This document shows positions 51,201 through 63,300 of a DNA stretch of 64,000 nucleotides, piece by piece. The notes beneath the pieces are model-generated. The model worked only from the letters and a program-made list of their open reading frames with translations, had not been told where the DNA came from and did not search any database. The stretch's first letter is position 1. The number at the start of each line of letters is the position of its first letter. This DNA is from Eledone cirrhosa (lineage: Eukaryota). The position numbers and the translations under genes were made by a program. The stretch spans positions 12,958,001 to 13,022,000 of the forward strand of contig OZ024740.1 in the NCBI GenBank assembly GCA_964016885.1, in the 5' to 3' direction.

Positions 51201-54200
51201 TGTCTCTAGTCTAATGTCTTGTCTCTAGTCTAATGTATCTAGACTAATGTCTTGTCTCCAGTCTAATGTCTTGTCTCTAGTCTAATGTCTCTAGTCTAAT
51301 GTCTTGTCTCTAGTCTAATGTATCTAGTCTAATGTCTTGTCTCTTGTGTAATGTCTTATCTCTAGTCTAATGTCTCCAATCTAATGTCTTGTCTCTAGTC
51401 TAATGTCTCGTCTCTAGTCTAATATCTTGTCTCTAATCTAATATCACTAGTCTAATGTCTTGTTTCTAGTCTAATGTCTCTAGTCTAATGTCTTATCTCT
51501 AATCTAATGTCTCTAGTATAATGTCTCTAGTCTAATGTCTTGTATTTAGTCTAATGTCTTGTCTCTAGTCTAATGTCTCTAGTCTAATGTCTTGTCACTA
51601 GTCTAATATCTTGTCTCTAGTCTAATATCTGGTCCCTAGTCTAATGTCTCTAGTCTAATGTCTCTAGTCTAATGTCTTGTCTCTTTTCTAATGTCTTGTT
51701 TCTAGTCTAATGTCTCTAGTCTAATGTCTTGTCTCGAGTCTAATGTCTCTAGTCTAATGTCTCCAGTCTAATGTCTTGTCTCTAGTCTAATGTCTTGTCT
51801 CTAATCTAATGTCTCTAGTCCAATGTCTTGTATCTAGACTAATGTCTTGTCTCCAGTCTAATGTCTTGTCTCTAGTCTAATGTCTCTAGTCTAATGTCTT
51901 GTCTCTAGTCTAATGTCTGGTCTCTAGTCTAATATCTTGTCTCTAATCTAATGTCTCTAGTCTAATGTCTCATCTCTAGTCTAATGTCTCTAGTCTAATG
52001 TCTTATCTCTAATCTAATGTCTCTAGTATAATGTCTGTAGTCTAATGTCTTGTATCTAGTCTAATGTCTTGTTTCTAGTCTAATGTCTCTAGTCTAATGT
52101 CTTGTTTCTAGTCTAATGTCTCTAGTCTAATGTCTCTAGTCAAATGTCTCTAGTCTAATGTACTGTCTCTAGTCTAATTTCTTGTCTCTAGTCTAACGTC
52201 TTGTCTCTAGTCTAATGTCTTGTCTCTAGTCTAATGTCTCTAGTCTAATGTCTTTTCTCTAGTCTATTATCTTGTCTCTAGTCTAATATCTTGTCTCTAG
52301 TTTAATGTCTTGTCTCTAGTCTAATGTCTCTAGTCTAATGTCTCTAGTCTAATGTCTCTAGTCTAATGTTTCTAGTCTAATGTCTTGTGTCTAGTCTAAT
52401 GTCTGTAGTCTAATGTCTTGTATCTAGTCAAATGTCTTGTCTCTAGTCTTATGTCTTGTCTCTAATCTAATACCCCTAGTCTAATGTCTTGTCTCTAGTC
52501 TAATGTCTTGTCTCTAGTCTAATGTCTTGTCTCTAGTCTAATGTCTTGTCTCTAGTCTAATGTCCCTCGTCTAATGTCTTGTCTCTACTCTAATGTCTCT
52601 AGTCTAATGTCTTGTCTCTAGTCTAATATCTTATCTCTAGTCTAATGTCCTGTCTCTAGTCTAATGTCTTGTCTCTAGTCTAATGTCCCTCGTCTAATGT
52701 CTTGTCTCTAGTCTAATTTCTTGTCTCTAGTCTAATGTCTTGTCTCTAGTCTAATGTCAGTAGTCTAATGTCTTGTCTCTAGTCTAATATCTTGTCTCTA
52801 GTCTAATGTCTCGTGTCTAATGTCTTGTCTCTAGTTTAATGTCTTGTGTCTAGTCTAATATCTCTAGTCTAATGTCTTGTCTCTAATCTAATGTCTCTAG
52901 TCTAATGTCTTGTCTCTAATCTAATGTCTCTTGTCTAATGTCTTGTCTCTAGTCTATTGACTCTAGTCTAATGTCTCTAGTATAATGTCTTGTCTTTTGT
53001 CTAATGTCTTGTCTCTTGTCTAACGTATTGTCTCTAGTCTAATGTCTTGTCTCTAGTCTAATGCCTCTAGTCTAATGTCTTGTCTCTAGTCTAATGTCTT
53101 GTCTCTAGTCTAATGTATCTAGTCTAATATCTTGTCTCTAGTCTAATGTCTTGTCTCTACTCTAATGTCTTGTCTCTAGTCTCATGTCTTGTCTCTAGTC
53201 TCATGTCTTGTCTCTAGTCTAATGTTTTGTCTCTACTCTAATGTCTCTAGTCTAATATCTTGTCTCTAGTCTAATGGCTTGTCTCTACTCTATTGTCTCT
53301 AGTCTAATGTCTTGTCTCTACTCTAATGTCTCTAGTCTAATGTCTTGTCTCTAGTCTCATGTCTTGTCTCTAGTCTCATGTCTTGTCTCTAGTCTAATGT
53401 TTTGTCTCTAGTCTAATGTCTCTAGTCTAATGTCGTGTCTCTAGTCTAATGTCTTGTCTCTAGTCTAATGTTTTGTCTCTAGTCTAATGTCTCTAGTCTA
53501 ATATCTTGTCTCTAGTCTAATGTTTTGTCTCTAGTCTAATGTCTTGTCTCTAGTCTACTGTCTTGTCTCTACTCTAATGTCTCTAGTCTAATGTCTTGTC
53601 TCTAGTCTAATGTCTTGTCCCTAGTCTAATGTCTCTAGTCTAATGTCTTGTCTCTAGTCTAATGTCTTGTCTCTAGTCTAATGTATCTAGTCTAATATCT
53701 TGTCTCTAGTCTAATGTCTTGTCGCTACTCTAGTGTCTCTAGTCTAATGTCTGGTCTCTAGTCTAATGTCTTGTCTCTAGTCTAATGTATCTAGACTAAT
53801 GTCTTGTCTCCAGTCTAATGTCTTGTCTCTAGTCTAATGTCTCTAGTCTAATGTCTTGTCTCTAGTCTAATGTCTCGTCTCTAGTCTAATTTCTTGTCTC
53901 TAATCTAATGTCTCTAGTCTAATGTCTCATCTCTAGTCTAATGTCTCTAGTCTAATGTCTTATCTCTAATCTAATGTCTCTAGTATAATGTCTGTAGTCT
54001 AATGTCTTGTATCTAGTCTAATGTCTTGTTTCTAGTCTAATGTCTCTAGTCTAATGTCTTGTTTCTAGTCTAATGTCTCTAGTCTAATGTCTCTAGTCAA
54101 TTGTCTCTAGTCTAATGTCTTGTCTCTAATCTAATGTCACTAGTCTAATGTCTTGTCTCTAGCCTAATGTCTTGTCTCTAGTCTAATATCTTGTCTCTAG

Positions 54201-57200
54201 TCTAATGTCTCTAGATTAATGTCCTCTTTCTAGTCTAATGTCTTGTCTCTAATCTAATGTCTTGTCTCTAGTCTAATGTACTGTCTCTAGTCTAATTTCT
54301 TGTCTCTAGTCTAATGTCTTGTCTCTAGTCTAATATCTTGTCTCTAGTCTAATATCTTGTCTCTAGTCTAATGTCTCTAGTCTAATGTCTTGTCTCTAGT
54401 TTAATGTCTTGTGTCTAGTCTAATATCTCTAGTCTAATGTCTTGTCTCTAATCTAATGTCTCTAGTCTAATGTCTTGTCTCTAATCTAATGTCTCTTGTC
54501 TAATGTCTTGTCTCTAGTCTATTGACTCTAGTCTAATGTCTCTAGTATAATGTCTTGTCTTTTGTCTAATGTCTTGTCTCTTGTCTAATGTCTCTAGTCT
54601 AATGTCTTGTCTCTAGTCTAATGTATCTAGTCTAATGTCTTGTCTCTTGTGTAATGTCTTATCTCTAGTCTAATGTCTCCAATCTAATGTCTTGTCTCTA
54701 GTCTAATGTCTCGTCTCTAGTCTAATATCTTGTCTCTAATCTAATATCACTAGTCTAATGTCTTGTTTCTAGTCTAATGTCTCTAGTCTAATGTCTTATC
54801 TCTAATCTAATGTCTCTAGTATAATGTCTCTAGTCTAATGTCTTGTATTTAGTCTAATGTCTTGTCTCTAGTCTAATATCTTGTCTCTAGTCTAATGTCT
54901 CTAGTCTAATGTCTCTAGTCTAATGTCTTGTGTCTTTTCTAATGTCTTGTCTCTAGTCTAATGTCTCTAGTCTAATGTCTTGTCTCTAGTCTAATGTCTC
55001 TAGTCTAATGTCTCTAGTCTAATGTCTCCAGTCTAATGTCTTGTCTCTAGTCTAATGTCTTGTCTCTAATCTAATGTCTCTAGTCCAATGTCTTGTCTCT
55101 AGTCTAATGTCTTGTCTCTAGTCTAATGTCTTGTCTCTAGTCTAATGTATCTAGACTAATGTCTTGTCTCCAGTCTAATGTCTTGTCTCTAGTCTAATGT
55201 CTCTAGTCTAATGTCTTGTCTCTAGTCTAATGTCTCGTCTCTAGTCTAATATCTTGTCTCTAATCTAATGTCTCTAGTCTAATGTCTCATCTCTAGTCTA
55301 ATGTCTCTAGTCTCATGTCTTATCTCTAATCTAATGTCTCTAGTATAATGTCTGTAGTCTAATGTCTTGTATCTAGTCTAATGTCTTGTTTCTAGTCTAA
55401 TGTCTCTAGTCTAATGTCTTGTTTCTAGTCTAATGTCTCTAGTCTAATGTCTCTAGTCAAATGTCTCTAGTCTAATGTCTTGTCTCTAATCTAATGTCAT
55501 TAGTCTAATGTCTTGTCTCTAGCCTAATGTCTTGTCTCTAGTCTAATATCTTGTCTCTAGTCTAATGTCTCTAGATTAATGTCCTCTTTCTAGTCTAATG
55601 TCTTGTCTCTAATCTAATGTCTTGTCTCTAGTCTAATGTACTGTCTCTAGTCTAATTTCTTGTCTCTAGTCTAATGTCTTGTCTCTAGTCTAATGTCTTG
55701 TCTCTAGTCTAATGTCTCTAGTCTAATGTCTTTTCTCTAGTCTAATATCTTGTCTCTAGTCTAATATCTTGTCTCTAGTCTAATGTCTTGTCTCTAGTCT
55801 AATGTCTCTAGTCTAATGTCTCTAGTCTAATGTTTCTAGTCTAATGTCTTGTGTCTAGTCTAATGTCTGTAGTCTAATGTCTTGTATCTAGTCTAATGTC
55901 TTGTCTCTAGTCTTATGTCTTGTCTCTAATCTAATACCCCTAGTCTAATGTCTTGTCTCTGGTCTAATGTCTTGTCTCTAGTCTAATGTCTTGTCTCTAG
56001 TCTAATGTCTTGTCTCTAGTCTAATGTCCCTCGTCTAATGTCTTGTCTCTAGTCTAATGTCTCTAGTCTAATGTCTTGTCTCTAGTCTAATATCTTGTCT
56101 CTAGTCTAATGTCTTGTCTCTAGTCTAATGTCTTGTCTCTAGTCTAATGTCCCTCGTCTAATGTCTTGTCTCTAGTCTAACGTCTCTAGTCTAATTTCTT
56201 GTCTCTAGTCTAATGTCTTGTCTCTAGTCTAATGTCAGTAGTCTAATGTCTTGTCTCTAGTCTAATATCTTGTCTCTAGTCTAATGTCTCTAGTCTAATG
56301 TCTTGTCTCTAGTTTAATGTCTTGTGTCTAGTCTAATATCTCTAGTCTAATGTCTTGTCTCTAATCTAATGTCTCTAGTCTAATGTCTTGTCTCTAATCT
56401 AATGTCTCTTGTCTAATGTCTTGTCTCTAGTCTATTAACTCTAGTCTAATGTCTCTAGTATAATGTCTTGTCTTTTGTCTAATGTCTTGTCTCTTGTCTA
56501 ACGTATTGTCTCTAGTCTAATGTCTTGTCTCTAGTCTAATGCCTCTAGTCTAATGTCTTGTCTCTAGTCTAATGTCTTGTCTCTAGTCTAATGTATCTAG
56601 TCTAATATCTTGTCTCTAGTCTAATGTCTTGTCTCTACTCTAATGTCTTGTCTCTAGTCTCATGTCTTGTCTCTAGTCTCATGTCTTGTCGCTAGTCTAA
56701 TGTTTTGTCTCTACTCTAATGTCTCTAGTCTAATATCTTGTCTCTAGTCTAATGGCTAGTCTCTACTCTATTGTCTCTAGTCTAATGTCTTGTCTCTAGT
56801 CTAATGTCTTGTCTCTACTCTAATGTCTCTAGTCTAATGTCTTGTCTCTAGTCTCATGTCTTGTCTCTAGTCTCATGTCTTGTCTCTAGTCTAATGTTTT
56901 GTCTCTAGTCTAATGTCTCTAGTCTAATATCTTGTCTCTATTCTAATGTTTTGTCTCTAGTCTAATGTCTTGTCTCTACTCTAATGTCTCTAGTCTAATG
57001 TCTTGTCTCTAGTCTAATGTCTTGTCTCTACTCTAGTGTCTCTAGTCTAATGTCTTGTCTCTAGTCTAATGTCTTGTCTCTAGTCTCATGTCTTGTCGCT
57101 AGTCTCATGTCTTGTCTCTAGTCTAATGTCTTGTCTCTAGTCTAATGTATCTAGTCGAATATCTTGTCTCTAGTCTAATGTTTTGTCTCTACTCTAATGT

Positions 57201-60200
57201 CTCTAGTCTAATGTCTTGTCTCTAGTCTCATGTCTTGTCTCTAGTCTAATGTTTTATCTGTAGTATAATATCTCTAGTATAATGTCTTGTCTCTAGTCTA
57301 ATGTCTTGTCTCTAGTTTAATGTCTTGTCTCTAGTATAATGTCTTGTCTCTAGTCTAATGTCTCTAGTCTAATGTCTCTAGTCTAATGTCTCTAGTCTAA
57401 TGTCTTGTCTCTAGTCTAATGTCTTATCTCTAGTCTAATGTCTTGTCTCTAGTCTAATGTCTCTAGTCTAATGTCTTGTCTCTAGTCTAATGTCTTGTCT
57501 CTAATCTAATGTCTCTAGTCTAATGTCTCTAGTCTAATGTCTTGTCTCTAATCTAATGTCTCTAGTCCAATGTCTTGTCTCTAGTCTAATGTCTTGTCTC
57601 TAGTCTAATGTCTTGTCTCTAGTCTAATGTATCTAGACTAATGTCTTGTCTCCAGTCTAATGTCTTGTCTCTAGTCTAATGTCTCTAGTCTAATGTCTTG
57701 TCTCTAGTCTAATGTATCTAGTCTAATGTCTTGTCTCTTGTGTAATGTCTTATCTCTAGTCTAATGTCTCCAATCTAATGTCTTGTCTCTAGTCTAATGT
57801 CTCGTCTCTAGTCTAATATCTTGTCTCTAATCTAATATCACTAGTCTAATGTCTTGTTTCTAGTCTAATGTCTCTAGTCTAATGTCTTATCTCTAATCTA
57901 ATGTCTCTAGTATAATGTCTCTAGTCTAATGTCTTGTATTTAGTCTAATGTCTTGTCTCTAGTCTAATGTCTCTAGTCTAATGTCTTGTCACTAGTCTAA
58001 TATCTTGTCTCTAGTCTAATATCTTGTCCCTAGTCTAATGTCTCTAGTCTAATGTCTCTAGTCTAATGTCTTGTCTCTTTTCTAATGTCTTGTTTCTAGT
58101 CTAATGTCTCTAGTCTAATGTCTTGTCTCGAGTCTAATGTCTCTAGTCTAATGTCTCCAGTCTAATGTCTTGTCTCTAGTCTAATGTCTTGTCTCTAATC
58201 TAATGTCTCTAGTCCAATGTCTTGTCTCTAGTCTAATGTCTTGTCTCTAGTCTAATGTCTTGTCTCTAGTCTAATGTATCTAGACTAATGTCTTGTCTCC
58301 AGTCTAATGTCTTGTCTCTAGTCTAATGTCTCTAGTCTAATGTCTTGTCTCTAGTCTAATGTCTGGTCTCTAGTCTAATATCTTGTCTCTAATCTAATGT
58401 CTCTAGTCTAATGTCTCATCTCTAGTCTAATGTCTCTAGTCTAATGTCTTATCTCTAATCTAATGTCTCTAGTATAATGTCTGTAGTCTAATGTCTTGTA
58501 TCTAGTCTAATGTCTTGTTTCTAGTCTAATGTCTCTAGTCTAATGTCTTGTTTCTAGTCTAATGTCTCTAGTCTAATGTCTCTAGTCAAATGTCTCTAGT
58601 CTAATGTACTGTCTCTAGTCTAATTTCTTGTCTCTAGTCTAACGTCTTGTCTCTAGTCTAATGTCTTGTCTCTAGTCTAATGTCTCTAGTCTAATGTCTT
58701 TTCTCTAGTCTATTGTCTTGTCTCTAGTCTAATATCTTGTCTCTAGTTTAATGTCTTGTCTCTAGTCTAATGTCTCTAGTCTAATGTCTCTAGTCTAATG
58801 TCTCTAGTCTAATGTTTCTAGTCTAATGTCTTGTGTCTAGTCTAATGTCTGTAGTCTAATGTCTTGTATCTAGTCAAATGTCTTGTCTCTAGTCTTATGT
58901 CTTGTCTCTAATCTAATACCCCTAGTCTAATGTCTTGTCTCTAGTCTAATGTCTTGTCTCTAGTCTAATGTCTTGTCTCTAGTCTAATGTCTTGTCTCTA
59001 GTCTAATGTCCCTCGTCTAATGTCTTGTCTCTAGTCTAATGTCTCTAGTCTAATGTCTTGTCTCTAGTCTAATATCTTGTCTCTAGTCTAATGTCCTGTC
59101 TCTAGTCTAATGTCTTGTCTCTAGTCTAATGTCCCTCGTCTAATGTCTTGTCTCTAGTCTAATTTCTTGTCTCTAGTCTAATGTCTTGTCTCTAGTCTAA
59201 TGTCAGTAGTCTAATGTCTTGTCTCTAGTCTAATATCTTGTCTCTAGTCTAATGTCTCTAGTCTAATGTCTTGTCTCTAGTTTAATGTCTTGTGTCTAGT
59301 CTAATATCTCTAGTCTAATGTCTTGTCTCTAATCTAATGTCTCTAGTCTAATGTCTTGTCTCTAGTCTCATGTCTTGTCTCTAGTCTCATGTCTTGTCTC
59401 TAGTCTAATGTTTTGTCTCTAGTCTAATGTCTCTAGTCTAATGTCGTGTCTCTAGTCTAATGTCTTGTCTCTAGTCTAATGTTTTGTCTCTAGTCTAATG
59501 TCTCTAGTCTAATATCTTGTCTCTAGTCTAATGTTTTGTCTCTAGTCTAATGTCTTGTCTCTAGTCTACTGTCTTGTCTCTACTCTAATGTCTCTAGTCT
59601 AATGTCTTGTCTCTAGTCTAATGTCTTGTCCCTAGTCTAATGTCTCTAGTCTAATGTCTTGTCTCTAGTCTAATGTCTTGTCTCTAGTCTAATGTATCTA
59701 GTCTAATATCTTGTCTCTAGTCTAATGTCTTGTCTCTACTCTAGTGTCTCTAGTCTAATGTCTGGTCTCTAGTCTAATGTCTTGTCTCTAGTCTAATGTA
59801 TCTAGACTAATGTCTTGTCTCCAGTCTAATGTCTTGTCTCTAGTCTAATGTCTCTAGTCTAATGTCTTGTCTCTAGTCTAATGTCTCGTCTCTAGTCTAA
59901 TTTCTTGTCTCTAATCTAATGTCTCTAGTCTAATGTCTCATCTCTAGTCTAATGTCTCTAGTCTAATGTCTTATCTCTAATCTAATGTCTCTAGTATAAT
60001 GTCTGTAGTCTAATGTCTTGTATCTAGTCTAATGTCTTGTTTCTAGTCTAATGTCTCTAGTCTAATGTCTTGTTTCTAGTCTAATGTCTCTAGTCTAATG
60101 TCTCTAGTCAATTGTCTCTAGTCTAATGTCTTGTCTCTAATCTAATGTCACTAGTCTAATGTCTTGTCTCTAGCCTAATGTCTTGTCTCTAGTCTAATAT

Positions 60201-60340
60201 CTTGTCTCTAGTCTAATGTCTCTAGATTAATGTCCTCTTTCTAGTCTAATGTCTTGTCTCTAATCTAATGTCTTGTCTCTAGTCTAATGTACTGTCTCTA
60301 GTCTAATTTCTTGTCTCTAGTCTAATGTCTTGTCTCTAGT
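48240..60340 (+). repeat. Large tandem duplication, period ~6.0-6.4 kb with internal indels
   Basis: GTCATTAG 49351/55499 and GTCAGTAG 50086/56234 give 6148. GGCTAGTCTCT 50361/56755 and TATCTGTAGTATAA 50861/57255 give 6394. GTCAGTAG 52756/59202 gives 6446. TAGTCTACTG 53551/59562 gives 6011. Confidence 0.85.
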
Positions 60341-63300
60341 CTAATGTTTGGCTCTAGTCTAATGTCTCTAGTCTAATGTCTTTTCTCTAGTCTAATATCT
60401 TGTCTCTAGTCTAATATCTTGTCTCTAGTCTAATGTCTTGCCTCTAGTCTAATGTCTTGTCTCTAGTCTAATGTCTTGTCTCTAGTCTAATGTCTTGTCT
60501 CTAGTCTAATGTCTTGTCTCTAGTCAAATGTCCCTCGTCTAATGTCTTGTATCTAGTCTAATGTCTCTAGTCTAATGTCTTGTCTCTAGTCTAATATCTT
60601 GTCTCTAGTCTAATGTCTTGTCTCTAGTCTAATGTCTTGTCTCTAGTCTAATATCTTGTCTCTAGTCTAATATCTTGTCTCTAGTCTAATGTCTCTAGTC
60701 TAATGTCTTGTCTCTAGTTTAATGTCTTGTGTCTAGTCTAATATCTCTAGTCTAATGTCTTGTCTCTAATCTAATGTCTCTAGTCTAATGTCTTGTCTCT
60801 AATCTAATGTCTCTTGTCTAATGTCTTGTCTCTAGTCTATTGACTCTAGTCTAATGTCTCTAGTATAATGTCTTGTCTTTTGTCTAATGTCTTGTCTCTT
60901 GTCTAACGTATTGTCTCTAGTCTAATGTCTTGTCTCTAGACTAATGCCTCTAGTCTAATGTCTTGTCTCTAGTCTAATGTCTTGTCTCTAGTCTAATGTA
61001 TCTAGTCTAATATCTTGTCTCTAGTCTAATGTCTTGTCTCTACTCTAATGTCTTGTCTCTAGTCTCATGTCTTGTCTCTAGTATCATGTCTTGTCTCTAG
61101 TCTAATGTTTTGTCTCTACTCTAATGTCACTAGTCTAATATCTTGTCTCTAGTCTAATGGCTTGTCTCTACTCTAATGACTCTAGTCTAATGTCTTGTCT
61201 CTAGTCTCATGTCTTGTCTCTAGTCTCATGTCTTGTCTCTAGTCTAATGTTTTGTCTCTAGTCTAATGTCTCTAGTCTAATGTCTTGTCTCTAGTCTAAT
61301 GTCTTGTCTCTAGACTAATGTTTTGTCTCTAGTCTAATGTCTCTAGTCTAATATCTTGTCTCTAGTCTAATGTTTTGTCTCTAGTCTAATGTCTTGTCTC
61401 TAGTCTAATGTCTTGTCTCTACTCTAATGTCTCTAGTCTAATGTCTTGTCTCTAGTCTAATGTCTTGTCCCTAGTCTAATGTCTCTAGTCTAATGTCTTG
61501 TCTCTAGTCTAATGTCTTGTCTCTAGTCTAATGTCTTGTCTCTAGTCTAATGTCTTGTCTCTAGTCTAATGTATCTAGTCTAATATCTTGTCTCTCGTCT
61601 AATGTCTTGTCTCTACTCTAGTGTCTCTAGTCTAATGTCTTGTCTCGACTCTAATGTCTTGTCTCTAGTCTCATGTCTTGTCTCTAGTCTCATGTCTTGT
61701 CTCTAGTCTAATGTTTTGTCTCTACTCTAATGTCTCTAGTCTAATATCTTGTCTCTAGTCTAATGGCTTGTCTCTACTCTATTGTCTCTAGTCTAATGTC
61801 TTGTCTCTAGTCTAATGTCTTGTCTCTACTCTAATGTCTCTAGTCTAATGTCTTGTCTCTAGTCTCATGTCTTGTCTCTAGTCTAATGTTTTGTCTCTAG
61901 TCTAATGTCTCTAGTCTAATGTCTTGTCTCTAGTCTAATGTCTTGTCTCTAGTCTAATGTTTTGTCTCTAGTCTAATGTCTCTAGTCTAATATCTTGTCT
62001 CTAGTCTAATGTTTTGTCTCTAGTCTAATGTCTTGTCTCTAGTCTAATGTCTTGTCACTACTCTAATGTCTCTAGTCTAATGTCTTGTCTCTAGTCTAAT
62101 GTCTTGTCCCTAGTCTAATGTCTCTAGTCTAATGTCTTGTCTCTAGTCTAATGTCTTGTCTCTAGTCTAATGTATCTAGTCTAATATCTTGTCTCTAGTC
62201 TAATGTCTTGTCTCTACTCTAGTGTCTCTAGTCTAATGTCTTGTCTCTAGTCTAATGTCTTGTCTCTAGTCTCATGTCTTGTCGCTAGTCTCATGTCTTG
62301 TCTCTAGTCTAATGTCTTGTCTCTAGTCTAATGTATCTAGTCGAATATCTTGTCTCTAGTCTAATGTTTTGTCTCTACTCTAATGTCTCTAGTCTAATGT
62401 CTTGTCTCTAGTCTCATGTCTTGTCTCTAGTCTAATGTTTTGTCTGTAGTCTAATATCTCTAGTATAATGTCTTGTCTCTAGTCTAATGTCTTGTCTCTA
62501 GTTTAATGTCTTGTCTCTAGTATAATGTCTTGTCTCTAGTCTAATGTCCCTAGTCTAATGTCTTGTCTCTAGTCTAATGTCTTGTCTCTAGTCTAATGTC
62601 TTGTCTCTAGTCTAATGTCTCTAGTCTAATGTCTTGTCTCTAGTCTAATGTCTTGTCTCTAATCTAATGTCTCTAGTCTAATGTCTCTAGTCTAATGTCT
62701 TGTCTCTAATCTAATGTCTCTAGTCCAATGTCTTGTCTCTAGTCTAATGTCTTGTCTCTAGTCCAATGTCTTGTCTCTAGTCTAATGTATCTAGACTAAT
62801 GTCTTGTCTCCAGTCTAATGTCTTGTCTCTAGTCTAATGTCTCTAGTCTAATGTCTTGTCTCTAGTCTAATGTATCTAGTCTAATGTCTTGTCTCTTGTG
62901 TAATGTCTTATCTCTAGTCTAATGTCTCCAATCTAATGTCTTGTCTCTAGTCTAATGTCTCGTCTCTAGTCTAATATCTTGTCTCTAATCTAATATCACT
63001 AGTCTAATGTCTTGTTTCTAGTCTAATGTCTCTAGTCTAATGTCTTATCTCTAATCTAATGTCTCTAGTATAATGTCTCTAGTCTAATGTCTTGTATTTA
63101 GTCTAATGTCTTGTCTCTAGTCTAATGTCTCTAGTCTAATGTCTTGTCACTCTTCTAATATGTTGTCTCTAGTCTAATATCTTGTCTCTAGTCTAATGTC
63201 TCTAGTCTAATGTCTCTAGTCTAATGTCTTGTCTCTTTTCTAATGTCTTGTCTCTAGTCTAATGTCTCTAGTCTAATGTCTTGTCTCTAGTCTAATGTCT

